NCBI RefSeq assembly: GCF_000315625.1
Contig: NW_005434568.1
Coordinates: 218,360-257,404, forward strand
Direction of reading: 5' to 3'
Length of the DNA: 39,045 nt
Source: Guillardia theta CCMP2712
Lineage: Eukaryota; Protista; Cryptophyta
In this document: piece by piece, positions 1 to 12,690 of the stretch
How the letters are laid out: every line of letters begins with the position of its first letter
Numbering within the stretch: the first letter of the stretch is position 1
Notes under the pieces: model-generated
The model's input: the letters and a program-made list of their open reading frames with translations, nothing else
What the model was told of the DNA's origin: nothing
The model's database searches: none
Position numbers and translations under genes: made by a program

Positions 1-3000
1 GTTAACTTTTGTATTCTCAAGGACATGACAGGGGTCAATAAGTGGTCACGGACGGAGTAGAACGTGGGCGGAAGAAATGATAAGATCCCCCCCCCCCCCC
101 CCCCCCCCCCCCCAATAGTACATCCTATCCGCCCTCCATCTACCTCCCCTCCCCTCTCCTTTGCTTCCCATGACAGCCGCCCTCCATCTTCATCCTCTCT
201 CCTCTCCCTTGCTTCTCATGACAAGCGTGCTCTTGTCGGCTCGCAACATGTCAGGCTGTCGTCTGACGCAAGCATGTTTCTGCATCATCTCCCTTCTCCT
301 TTGATACTCTGGTTCCTACTCTTTGCTCAGCAAGCTTTGCCCGCGGCGAGCGGCCCGGGCCCGGGCCCTGCCGGGGCCCGGGCGTTTCGAAATGAAGTGG
401 CAGGGCACTCGGAGTTGTTGAGGATGTTTGATGAAATGCCGAAAGATTGAGTGGGGTGGGGTACTGCAGCCCTTGAGTGGAAGGGGCGCGCCTCGTGGAA
501 CTTCTCAGGACTCCACTATATGGACCCCCACCCGTCGATACAGAGGGTGGGGGTACACGATAGGCCTGTATCGAGCTGCAAAGGAAAAACTGAGCGAAAG
601 GGGAACGGGGTACGGTAGGTGGTCTCAATCTTTATTAAGTTTTAATACTGTTGTTTATGTGGGGTTCATCAGGGTGGGGTCCTTGGTTAATTTTCTTGGA
701 AAGTGGGTCGGTAGGGCTGAGGTGTGGGGTAGGTTGAGCGAAGAATGCTACTATGCAACGAGGGACCTAAAAGGCCTGGCAAAGAAAAAGGGGTGGGTGG
801 GCTCGTACGTTACGGTAGGGTACTTTTCATTTCGACTATTATTATTTTTATTGTATAAAATCTGAAAGAAAAGTTCTATTTTTTTTCTCTGGAAAGTGAA
901 ATTAAAAACTTACTTATCTAAAATTTCTATACATTGAAACATTAAAAATGATGTATGATGATACCATCTCCGGTTGATGTATAATAATTGTCCGAAATAT
1001 TAAAAATATATAACTGTTTGGGGCGCATGTCAGTGCTGTGTAACTGGTCTTGAACCCTTTAAAATCCTGGGGGCGGCTAGGGGTGGCACCATACTTTAAA
1101 ACCAATTTTAAGATTGAAACCTCTGTACAAAAGTTGATCCCTACGACCTCCGGCTGCATGGGGTGGGTGTCTGTTCAAATCGATCGCTGTACGGGTGGGG
1201 TGGTGCGTTGTAATATGGTGGGTTGTGTTGCGTCAGCAGCAGGTCAAGGAGGAGGGTAGGGGCCCACCAGTATCAAGATCTCTAGGATCTGTTTTTTTTC
1301 TTCTGAATGCTGATGAGTAGAGGTAGTGCATTCACATATAATAGTAATAATGTGTGGGGGTGGGGTACAGACTCAGAAGGTTTGATGGGTTGTTGCCGGT
1401 CCAATTGACGAATGATGGTGGGTGGTAGGCTGTACTTGTCTGGTGGGGCTTCAAGGGTGGGTGGTGAATAAAAGGGAGGCAAGCAAGTGGTAGTAAAGAG
1501 ATTGAAAAGTAGGGTTGAGGGGGTCCTACCCCCTGAACCTCAAATCGTGGGGTGAGAATGGATGGGTTGTTGGGGGCCAGTACATATAGGATTCTGGTGG
1601 GTGGGGTAACATGATGACTCCAGATACTAGGGGTAGTTTTCTTCAATTTGATGGGTGGGGTATATAGGGGCGTATACGAGGTGGGGTCATCTGCCAGTAA
1701 TTTATCGGTGAGACCTCCCCGGATCCAAGCTCAAAGTTGGGGTGGTGGTCATTGGTGGGGCGGTTTTAACTGAGTAGGAAAACTAATGCGTCAGCTACAA
1801 TAGAGTAGGGTACAAAAAATATATGCTTGCTGTGATTAGGGTGGGGTGAAATGAGAACGGGTGCATCACACACAAAATGTTTATTCCGAGAGCAGGTGGT
1901 ATCAACAGGGGGAGGGTGTAATTCTCTAATGGGTGGGTCCACTACCCGCACATACAAATTCGATGGTGTTGGGGTAGGTGGTATTTTAATTTTTTGGGGT
2001 GGCAAAAGCTTGACTCGTGTGTGGGGTGGAAGGGTGATCTACACGTTCATCGTTGGCAAGCAAACCCAACGAAGCAACGGGAGCAGAAACTATAGATTGC
2101 CGATTGGGTCTCTAGATTTTCATCTGAGATTTTAATGGACTACCCTTACCCCTTCATAATATATACAAATATTATGATAACTGAATTTTACATGAATAAA
2201 CAAACATTTTGTGCTCAAATGCATACCTCATGGAAAAACTTGGTCCTGATATTTCAAATAAATACGAGAGTTTTCCTTTAGTTAAGGCTATGGTCCCATA
2301 CCAACTGTCCAGATTCAAGAGGAGATACCCCGCCGGAAATGCTACTGGGACCACTCGACACTCCCGCCCACCGCGCCGCCACAAACCATGGCCGCGGCGA
2401 CATGAAAAGCTCCTTCTATCCTTGACGCCCCCTACATGTACACGATTTCTTACCTTCTGCTTCCAGTTTCTCCTCTTGAATTCGCACATTTACATTGTTG
2501 TGGCCTCCGCTGCTTGCCAGCCACTTCCTATCACATAGCTTTACATCTAACCCGATACACCTGGAACTCGCCCCTCCACTTGTGGGATGTTGTTCACAGT
2601 TGAATAATTGACACCAACTCTGCCCCCCCTTCACTCTTTCCTTTCATGTAACAAAGATCTGATCCCAGCAGCGACATGTTGTTGTGAAGTAGAGTATCCT
2701 TGATTTAGTGTGCACAGAGTCTAAGATTCAAACTCAAGTTGCAATTTGATATTGAACCATTGGACCTCGGAGACTTGGTAGGATGTTAGAATTTCGAGTT
2801 TATTTATACCATCTTGTATTCCAGCTTGTGAAGCTGGCATCAAAGATAGAATGCTGGGGTCTTGCAAGAAGCCCTTTACAGCCTCTGATGCGAGTTCGTA
2901 ACTGCGCAATCCTCATGTTCCCCGTGTCTGTGAATTTTTCCTGTGGAAACTTTATAGGCCACTGATTATCTTTGCGCCATTGCAGTGCAAATACGAGTGA

Positions 3001-3015
3001 AGTAGACAAGGGGCA

Positions 3016-6000
3016 ATGCCGCCTAAGCTTCATGCCGCGCAGCAAGCTCAAGTAGCGCAACAAGCAGTGAAGCAGGCTCAGGCGCAAGCTCAGGCGCAAG
3101 CACATGCTCAGGCTCAAGCACATGCTCAGGCTCAAGCACATGCTCATGCCCAGGCTCAAGCACATGCCCAGGCTCAAGCTCATGCCCAGGCACAAGGGCA
3201 GTCGACAACACAATCTCCAGCTTCTGGCCAACAGAACCAGCAACAGGTTTCATAACAAGACTAACACTCGCTTTCTTGACCTGTTTGACATTTATTAGGA
3301 CCAATCCATCATAGGCAATATTTCTAACCGTTTGAATGCATCCAACGAGGCAGTTTGGCTGAGGATTGGTTCGATGTTTTTACACTCACGTTTCACCACT
3401 AATTTCATGTCTTGACTTCAGGCTTGGTTTCTGATTTGATGGAAGAAAATGATAAAGCCATAACAGCATTTGAGTGCGCACTGAGACATAATCCTTACAA
3501 TCTGCAAGCTCTCACAGCCGTAGCACAGGTTCGAAATGAAAGACTATGGTTTCGTAAAAGGCACTAAATATGCCCTAAAGGTTTACAGGAAGAAAGAAAA
3601 TTGGGCCAAAGCAATAGAATATTTACAGGTAACATTCTGAATCGAAAATAAGGCTTGGTGATGTTGTTTCAAGCGAGCTGTGAAAGCTGATCCTGTCAAT
3701 GGAGAGTTTTGGGCCATGCTCGCTTACACCTATCTGCTCAGGCATTTCTCGAATGCCATCATTATGCCCTGTTTAATTGTTTTTCAGTGATGACCTCCAG
3801 AATGCTTACACATCATACCAACACGCTTTGTTTCATTTGCCCAATCCAAAGGACTCACAGGTTCGAAATACTTGTGTTTTCCATCACTTCAATTTTGATT
3901 TTCAACGGTGAGAGTTTGTCACAGGTGTGGTATGGTATTGGAATGCTATATGAAAGATGCGGATCATATGAGCATGCCGAAGAGGTGAAGGTTTTACTGG
4001 TTTGAAGAGAATCATGTGACATCTACATCAGGCTTTCACTGGAGTGCTCAAAATGGATCCCAACTCAGACAAGAAGACAGAGATTCTTTTTCGTCTTGGC
4101 ACTATCTACAAGCAAACACAAAAGTATCCTCAGGTACCTATCCTGTCCCGTCTCAATTCTTACAGTCTGGTTGATAATTGATGGTTTCATTCAGTCGCTG
4201 GAGTGCTTTTCCTGCATCGTCACATGTCCACCTGCTCCGCGCACAGCAGCAGATGTTTGGCTGCAAATAGGACACATTTATGAGCTGCAACAGCAATATG
4301 ACAAAGCCATGGAAGCATACCAGGTATCTTGTTGTGATAACATTTCGTACAGGTGTACATTGTGATGGCACACTGATTAGAACGGAATGAATGACAACGC
4401 GAACCATCCCAAACTTCTTCAGCATGTTGCTTGGCTCCGATTGTTAGATTCCCCCTTCCAGGTGATTTCTCTCCAGTTCAAATGTAGAGTCTGTGTAACT
4501 TTCTGCTAGAGTGTACAAACTGCCATCACGCTTTTGACAAAAGCAACAGAGCTAGATCCCAACGATGCTCAGGTATTTGTGCTGATACCTTAGAAGTCTG
4601 CAAGCTTATACAGTGGATTATAGAGCTGGTATATTCTTGGAAGGTGCCAAGTGGGCATAAGGGATTATAACAAAGCGCACTTTGCGTATCAACAAGCCGT
4701 GTATCGTGACGAAAGGAATCCAACTCTATGGTGCAGTATTGGCATCCTCTACTTCAAAATTGGACAGTACAAAGAGGCTTTGGATGCATACAGCAAAGCG
4801 ATCCGCTTCAACCCATATATGAGTGCAGTGTGGTACAATCTTGGGACTCTGTACGAGTCATGCAAACAACCTCCAGATGCCAAGGATGCATATCAGCATG
4901 CTTTGGAGCTTGACCAGGATAGTCCTTATATTCGGGAAAGATTGCATCGGCTTCAGCTGGCAGATACGTCCCAAATCAAATTGGAAGACATGCAATCTCT
5001 CCCTGCTGTTCTTGAACCGGTGCCAATCAAAGCATTGGAGAATGCATTGCCTTCACTAGCAGGCGTCGCATCTCAGGCAGTCGCAGCGCATACAAAATCG
5101 ATAGAGACGAATCCAGCAACAGCAGTTAGTGCAGCGGCTGCTATGTCATCTCTTACAGGGCAGCTCGATCTTTCGAGGTTCCAAACTACTTCAGGGGTTG
5201 TCAATGCCTTGACGGGTAACAAATCCAACGAGGTAGCTGAAGTTGCTCGTAAAATGGCAGCTGAGCCACTGAATCTGTTGAATTTAAACAATGCGGCGTC
5301 AAAGAATTCACTATCGTTGGTGGGCGGGGCTTCTTCAATATTGAACACCAGCAATGTGTCGACATCTTCGATATCATCAAATGTTTTCAATATCCCTGCT
5401 CGCAACAGCTCGACTCCGAACAAAATGGATATTGATGATCAACCTTCAGCTGAAGGTTCCAAAATCGATACGAACCAGACAGATAAAAGCAAAGAACAGG
5501 ACAAAAAGATAGATGATTCAAAAAAAGTCACATCTGCAACAGACCAGAAGGCAAAAGACTCAGCCAACGGCCAAGAAAGTGAGGACAAGAGCACAACTGT
5601 AAATGACACAGATAAGGACAGCGGGCCCAAGAATGAGGACGCTCAAAAGCAAAACACAAGTACCTCTCCTGACGAGCAAAAGCAGCAATCAGAGTCTGAG
5701 GCAGTTTCGAAGTCAAAAGATGATTCGGAGAAACAATCGTCTAACAAGACAGACAAGGATGACAAAATGGATGTCTCAAAAGTTGCCAGTGAAGGAGTGG
5801 AGAATCACAAGGAGCCTTCCACAGATATTCCAAACCAGAAACCAAATGCAGGTGTGGACTCGAAGGGGGAGCTTGAAGAATCTGCTGTTGCCGAGAAAGC
5901 TGGAATCTCCAAATCAAGCAGTTCTGAACCTGAAAAAGCCGCTGCGGAAACAGATGAACAAAAATCATCTGTTGAATCAAGCAAGCCAGTTTCAGAAGAT

Positions 6001-6747
6001 AAACAACCTCTGTCAACTTCAAACAAATCATCTGAAGATGACTCCAAAGAAAGTTCGTCCGTAAATGGACATACGGCCGAAGAGGGAAAGGAGGAGGACA
6101 AACTTGGGGAATCGGATGAAAAGATGCTCAAGGAAAAGCAGGGCGAGAAAGAAATGGCCGTTGAAACATCAGATCCAGAGACTCAAGAAAAGGGGAAGGA
6201 CGTTTCATCATCTGATGAGGGAAAGCCGGCAGAGCAATCGTTGACACACAGCTCGGAAGGTGCTCAAGACCACCCATCAGTCAGAGACCGGTATGTGAAT
6301 GTTTTGCGTGCCACCCAGACTGGTCTTAACTGCTCATTAGACGGGCTGAAGAAGTTGACAAGAAAGCCGAAAGCGCAAAGGCTGAGGTGACTGATTGATG
6401 TCGAGATATGAATGAATGTAATACTAGATGCAGGAGTTGCAAGAAGACAAGGCGAATGTGGAGCAGCAAGACGCTAAGGATCAGGACCGGAAACGAAAAG
6501 CGAATGCGGATGAGCCGGTGAATTGTCAAATGGCGGTATGTGAAGAATTGACTGCCTGCTAGGAGGATGGGGAAACCTCTGAGGACAAACGTCGCAAGAC
6601 TGACCAGGATGAAGTGACGGAGGATGGCAAGAAGGATGACAAGGCGGAAGATGCTGAGGTAACACATCGCAATCACGTTGTATGAGTTGTGATGGTCTGT
6701 TGCAGAAGAAATCTGCGAAAGAATCAGGAGACGAGAGTTCAAAGTGA
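3016..6747 (+). CDS. CYC8: Cyc8/Ssn6-like TPR general transcriptional co-repressor (multi-exon), N-terminal QA/QAHA repeat, acidic low-complexity C-terminal tail
   Basis: Spliced exons give Ssn6-type TPRs: VWYGIGMLYERCGSYEHAEE/AF, EILFRLGTIYKQ, SLECFSCIVTCPPAP, AYQQAVYRDERNPTLWCSIGILYFKIGQYKEALDAYSKAIRFNPYMSAVWYNLGTLYESC. Many short introns, including an apparent GC-AG intron at 3742-3787. ATG at 3016. Last exon KKSAKESGDESSK-TGA ends at 6747 (manual splicing). Confidence 0.88.
3073..3193 (+). repeat. Coding low-complexity (QA/QAHA)n tract
   Basis: Imperfect CAGGCTCAAGCACATGCT-type units encoding QAQAQAQAHAQAQAHAQ... Confidence 0.85.
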
Positions 6748-6850
6748 TGCTGCGAGGGAAAACAGCGAAAATGCGGGGGAAGAGGCAGGGGGTAAAGTCG
6801 TCAGGTGTTGCTTGGCTTTTGTCGATAAACTTAAGGACATCCTACGATCG

Positions 6851-9220
6851 TCACTTGTCTTGCGCCTTTTCCCCATTGATGGTTCTCAGCAGCTTAATCG
6901 TGATGTGCCCATGGCCTGAGTTGCCTGCGACTGCGTTATCATGGCAAGACGAGGAGGTTGAAATCTTACCGAGACTTCGCGATGCCTGATCTACCTTGGG
7001 ATGTATATAGCTTCCTCCTCCGCCTCCTCCCGCAGAACTGCGATAGCCTCCACCCCCTCCACTGTATCCACCTCCTCCACTCCCGCCATATCCCGCGCAG
7101 GCTCCGCCTCCTCCAAAACCCCCTGTGTCACCTACCAACGCAATCATGGTAACGAGGTCTAAAGAGAGACGTAACCTCCTCCCTGGCCTCCGTTCTTGAA
7201 GCTCCTGGCGCCTTCCGCTGAGTCTTCGATCCATCCTGCCCCTCCTGCTTGCAAGTCAAATCCGAGAATGGCGACTGGCCGGTTACCAGAAACGTAGTAA
7301 CCGCTTCCTCCTCCTCCTCCTTCCCGTCCTCCTGATCCACCAGAGATTCCTGGCAGCATCACTCACTACCAACGTCATCCTCGCTCTTCGTGGCTCTCAT
7401 TCTTGACTTCTCTCTGCTCTCTTTCTCTTACCTCCTCCACGGTCTCCGTCCTCCGTTAAACTTGCGTCCGTGCCATCCCCTTGCTCACCTGCCCCTCCTC
7501 CACCCCCAGCGGCAAACAGCAGATCATCGCCGAGCACTACGAACGAGCCTCCTCCACCCCCAGACGCTCGGCCGTTCAACTTGGACCTGACCATGCACAT
7601 GTGACATTATTCGCTCAGTGAAGAGACTTACTTTCCACCTACAAGAATGTGTAGGAGCGACGATCCTTTCAGCTGGAGCCTCCCCGACAGGATCGCTCCG
7701 CGCCCTCCCTTGTATGACTCCGTGTCCTCGGCTTGCGCTCCTTGTACCAGGAAGAAGAATTCTCCATCGACTGGAGGGAGTTGGACGCTGACGATCTTTC
7801 CTACTCCCACGTCAACGGTTTTTTGTCGCTCACTTGTTTTGACCGGTGAAACACAAGTCCGTCTCCCACTTCACCCCCTCGAAATTCGTACATGCATCCA
7901 GCTCGGCACCTGCTCCTTGTCAGCCAGAGAGGTCAAAGTCAAGAGGTCACCTGTGAAATTTGTGCCGGAGATTGAAGCAGAGGAGAAGTCAGCTCCAGCC
8001 AAGTTTGCTCCCTGGTCATCTCGTGAGCTCTGAGGATCGAGAGCCAAAGGCTTCACTTGGAATGAGCAGCCGTCGAGCTCCGCCTTTCGGAAGCAAGCGG
8101 ATGAGAGGTTACAGCTGAGTGATGTTAGTGTGGGGAGAGGAGAAGAGAAGGGAAAAGTTTGAAGTCAGCAGTGTGGTGCTCGACGGGAAGGAGAGGCTCT
8201 TCACCGATCGAATCGAATGCCCTTGAGGTCAAGATTGTGCAGGTCAGTCTGCGTGCTGTCAGGAAGCGTTCAGAGGCTCCGTCTCTCACCTTGGGCAATT
8301 TCAACCCAGCAAGGCGCATTCCGGAGGCGCTGCCTTTAGCGAGAATCCGAATGAAGTCAAGCCTGAGCTTCATTGTCAGACAAGATCAAGACAGAGGGAC
8401 GGGAGGCTTCCTGGACAGGTCCGCCCCGGATCCAAACTTGCTGTTCTCGACTTTGACGTGTACGTCTGAGAGTTTCGACTTGCGAGCTGTTAGACAAGAA
8501 GCGGTGGAGCAACTCACCTCGAGAGACTGGACTTTGCCCTCCATTTCTCTCAACTTATCTGACATGCCAGAGAAAGACTGCGACACGTTAACCTCAAGCC
8601 TGGTAGTCTGCTTAGTCAGCAGGCAGACCAGGTTCACTCATCTGACTGGGTGAGGGCAACTAGTAGGTCGCGTTCCTGCGGCTGCTCCCCGACCTTTTCT
8701 TCAAGCTGCTTGAGCCCCAAGTACTTTGCCTCTGCGATGAGCGCCTGACATGCAAGTCACACGCGCTCGAGACTGCAAGGGGGCTGCACTTGTCGATGGC
8801 ACTGGGGGACATGATACAAGGTGCCGTCTCTGAGAAAGTCGAGAACATGCGTGTAAACTATCTTGATGTCAATCACGTCGCACCTTCCTCTCCTTGCACC
8901 TGCTCCATTTCTATCCAAGGAAATACTGCCATGCAGGACATGCACACTGAATTGCTGCTGCGCCTGCTGTGCATGGAGAGTTTTGCAGACTTGAAGCAGA
9001 ACCTGAGAGAGTTCAGAGCAACTCCTCGCCAAGTCTCACTAGCTCACTCACCTGCGACCCTTGTCTTGCTCCCTTCAGCAGTGTCGCAGCTGTCGTGTCA
9101 AATTTGACGCCGCCAACGTTGAGGCTCACGACGAGCCGCTCGTCAAGGGGGGGAAGTTGGGTAGCTTGTGCTGGAGCAAGGCCATCAGCCCAATACGAGT
9201 GCGAGGCGCTTACCAGTCAT
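6851..9220 (-). CDS. KCTD-type BTB/POZ (T1) + pentapeptide repeats + ALK/LTK-like glycine-rich domain protein; spliced, possibly partly disrupted
   Basis: Minus-strand VVSLNVGGVKFDTTAATLL and HVLDFLRDGTL (KCTD BTB). GANLAGADFSSASISGTNF (pentapeptide repeats). GGRGAILSGRLQL..LHILVGGK, GGGGGSFV..LLFAAGGGGGAG and GGGGGSYI..NSGHGHITI (glycine-rich domain). Likely start ATG ACT G|intron|CA CAA at 9220. The exon structure is not fully resolved. Confidence 0.65.
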
Positions 9221-9925
9221 GTAAACGATTTATGCGCTCAATCTGGTCAACTCGATCAGACTTATGCCAGCAAGAAGTGCCTTCGTAACAGAAGTTGCGT
9301 CAGTCTTATGTTATCCCCAAGCTTATCACTGAAGCCTTTTCCTGAATCCTCAATACCCAAGCAAGTAGAATGCAACCATTCAAGGGTTGAAATCAATTCA
9401 TCAGCAGTCACTCTCGACCTCCTTGACTCTCGCTTCCTCCGTCTTTCCATCAACCTCCTCAACCTCCTCAACTTCCTTCCTCCTTCCCCTCGCAAGCCAT
9501 TTTCTGTCCTACTACGCCTTGTGAGTGGTTCTTGTGTTTCCTCGCTCAATCGGTCACCCCCACCATCATTTTCATGGTAAAACAAACCCCTCCATGCCCG
9601 TACCCCAAATAACTAGTCAAACTTTGACAAACAGCAGGCGAAGAATTACTGAGAAATGCGACAAGCAAGCCTAGTGAGCATTGATCTGTTACTAACATGA
9701 TAACATGACACTAACATGATGACACATATGGAGATGGCGAAGACTGAGAATATGATGATGACAAAGAAGATATCATCACAGGAAGAGCAAAACATTTAAT
9801 GTGGACTGCAACTTCAATCACGCAGGCGATGGAGATGAAAATGATAGTGACCAAGAGGAGGAAGAGAAGGAAGAGTAGAAGGAAAGAGATGACGATAGAG
9901 TTGATTAGATGGTACTGATGATCGG

Positions 9926-10045
9926 AAAATGATGGTAGTTATAGTAATGGTGATGGTGATGGTGATGGTGATGATTATGGTCGTTGTGATGATGATGATG
10001 ATGATGATGATCATCATGATGATGATCATCATCATCATGATAATG
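9926..10045. repeat. (GAT)n/(GATGGT)n microsatellite
   Basis: Runs of gatggt and gat, followed by atc/cat. Confidence 0.85.
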
Positions 10046-10735
10046 ACATTCTAAATACGGTTGATGTGGTGGGATCGTTGGTGAGGCTTATGATGGTCAT
10101 GAAGGCAATGGAAATGTTGAAAAAGCACAAGGAAGTGGAGTGGTAGTGACAGTGACTGGATGGGGGATGATGATACAGTTTATCATCTTTACTCTCTCGT
10201 GATTTCTTGCTAATTGTGTACATTTGGTAAACCTCAGTTGTCTTGCCTCTTATTTGCCATGGCCCGGAGCTGGTTCTAACCAGGCAGGCGAGAGCGATCA
10301 CCTGCAGCTGGTGGACGTAGACGAGATGATAGGAAGCCTGGTGAGAGCGACGGCAGAGGAGGTGCCTGGCCTTAATGAGCCAATGGTTTAACTAGACAAG
10401 AAGCAACAGAAGAAGGGTATAGGGTGTAGGTCTGAATGAAACGTCGAACAAAGGTGGGGTGTGCACAAGGAGCGATTTGTTGGATCATCATCATCGGGGG
10501 ATGCGTTGTGATTGTGAGGCAGCCTGAGCCAAGTTTGGAGGAGTAACCTATTAGTCGGAGGCAGAGTCAAGAGGAGCATCGAACTCGAAGGAGAGACTAG
10601 GTCACAGGTAGACTTCCAACCTATCTGAGGCCCAGGCATATTCCCACACGTGCTAACTACTCTAGATAGACTAGGTGTCGTTGAGAAGCGAGCATGTATC
10701 ATGCTGAATAACTCACTCAGCTCTGAGAAACTCAA

Positions 10736-10760
10736 TTGCTGCTGCTGCTGCTGTTGCTGC
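10736..10760. repeat. (CTG)n microsatellite
   Basis: ttgctgctgctgctgctgttgctgc. Confidence 0.75.
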
Positions 10761-10783
10761 CAACTCAATTGTATCCAGCTACC

Positions 10784-11877
10784 TTACACAAACGGCACGA
10801 TATCTCGAATGCGTGCGACAAAGGCTTGTCTTGTCCAGAAGCTTTGAGATGCCATCTTGACATTGTGCACCATTGCATTCCTGATAGAACGAATAAGAGA
10901 AACAGAGATGGAAAGCAAGCAAGCATAGTAAGTTACCTGTTTTCTGATGTGCATTCTTCTCCGCTGCAAACTGTATCCTTGAGATTCTTGACAAAACTGG
11001 TCTGCAGTACGAAGATCGCATGTCTGCAATCAACTCTTTCTCCTGCGAATTCAAATTCGGAATTCTCAAACGCGTCCTCGAGGTTGTAGAGGCTCTCGAA
11101 AGGAGCGCGATCCGCTTCGTGCAAGACGACAACACACCTGGGATGCTGAAGCAAGTGCTTGAAGACCGCTTCCCGAACGTCATCCCAGTCAGTCAAGTTT
11201 CTTCCTAGATGCAGAACAGCTGGATAAGGATGTCCAAGCACGAAGTCAATGACAACACTCTCCATCTTGCTGTATTCTGCTGGGTTGCCAGCGAAATGCA
11301 GCACAAGTGCTTTCTCCACAACATTTGACTGCATCTTTCGGACATTTCGATCCAGAACTTCAGTCATGATTGCTTTTGCGACTGCTTGATGACCCGGAAA
11401 CACCTTCTCCAGCATCGCCTGCAAGTTAGCTCGGCTCTTCTTCCTGTCATCCAAGCCACTGGACATGTGCCGAGACATTCTCTTCGAACCTCCTGAATGT
11501 CCATCATCGTTGAGATGGGAATGGAAGTAGTAGCCTAGGAAGCCAATGACTAACAAAAGAGCGAGCGGTAATAGCATTGAGCTCTTTGTCGAAGAAAAGT
11601 CCACTTGCAGTTTCTCTGCATCTCGGTTACCTTGAATCGCGTGACTCTTTGCCCGTGCCTTCGTGTCCTTTGCATCGCGACTGGACCGCTTGTTGTCAAG
11701 TCTAGAAGGCCGTGGAGGCATGTCGTCCAATGGTGCAGAATCATCGCTGTTGGAGGAGCTTTGGCTCTTGTCATAAGCTTCATCTACCTTTGTTTGCCGG
11801 GTGATTCTTGTTGCTTTCCCCCTCGTTCTGACCCCATGCTCAATATCGGGGGCAGCTTCCTTTGATTTTTTTGGCAT
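10784..11877 (-). CDS. Single-pass membrane protein with Torsin/LAP1-LULL1-like AAA+ domain, degenerate Walker motifs (~345 aa, 2 exons)
   Basis: Basic/Ser-rich N-terminus and a TM helix (LLPLALLLVIGFLGYYF). Then VFPGHQAVAKAI, ALVLHFAGNPAEYSK (Walker A position, no GKS/T), RCVVVLHEADR (Walker B position), VDCRHAIFVLQTS. The intron at 10881-10936 (GT..AG) joins in frame to FVARIRDIVPFV-stop. Confidence 0.65.
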
Positions 11878-12690
11878 CAAAATCGTTTCTCGCACCTTGT
11901 TTTGAGCTCGTGTTTGTCCTGTTTCCTATCTCTTCTCTTCTCTTCCTGCTTTCACTTCCCCCGCAGCGACGTTCTTAGCATAACCTTGTTCAAAAAAATC
12001 CTTCCAACATGACGGTTACATCCTAACTCATGTCGGTTACATGTGACTGGGAAGATGCACTGGCACTGCACTCAGTGCCTGGCAAGTTGACCGTCCGACA
12101 TCCGAAGTTCAAGACTCACTGACTCACTGACTCGGATGATGAGTCACGTGGCTCGAGAACTTCGGAATGACTCTCAGGTCGGACTTCAAAGGGCCCATAT
12201 TCGCCATCGCCGATTGGGGATCATGCCAGTACATGCAGGGCCGCGAGCTTGCCAGCCGGTCCTCCCCGTCAAATCTGGTTTAAATCTGATTATACTGACG
12301 GCCCGGAGACTCGAGTCGCCGCGGCGAGAGGGTGAAGAGCTGTCACGAAGCCGCGTTATCCTAACAGTAGGACAGTTCAGGCCCTTGCATGGCTGTGGAG
12401 GTTGGATGCACATCTGAGAAGTGCAGTTGCGAGGAGGGCACCGCCGCAACACTCGGAAGAAGCCTGAGATGGAAGCCGCTTGATCGGAAGGAATGGCGCG
12501 GACGGCGTGGAGGCCCTACAAGCCCGGGGCCAGCACATGGTGTGTCGGATCGAACATGCATGGTGTTAGCATTCTTATCTAACAAGGTGTTAGTCTCCGT
12601 ATCGCTCTCTTATATCATGGGATTTGCTTGGTTGAGGTGTCTACTACATGGCTGGTTACTGCTGTATATTCCTGCTTGCGTAGATAGACT

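Noticed and set aside
64-2634. ORFs in the first 2.6 kb
   Set aside because: They derive from a C homopolymer and G-rich low-complexity DNA, with no protein-like motifs.
9814-10768. Poly-Ile/Thr and poly-Gln ORFs
   Set aside because: These are translations of microsatellites.
12040-12360. GACTCACT repeats and small palindromes as a regulatory element
   Set aside because: Too short and degenerate to assign; probably a low-complexity repeat.
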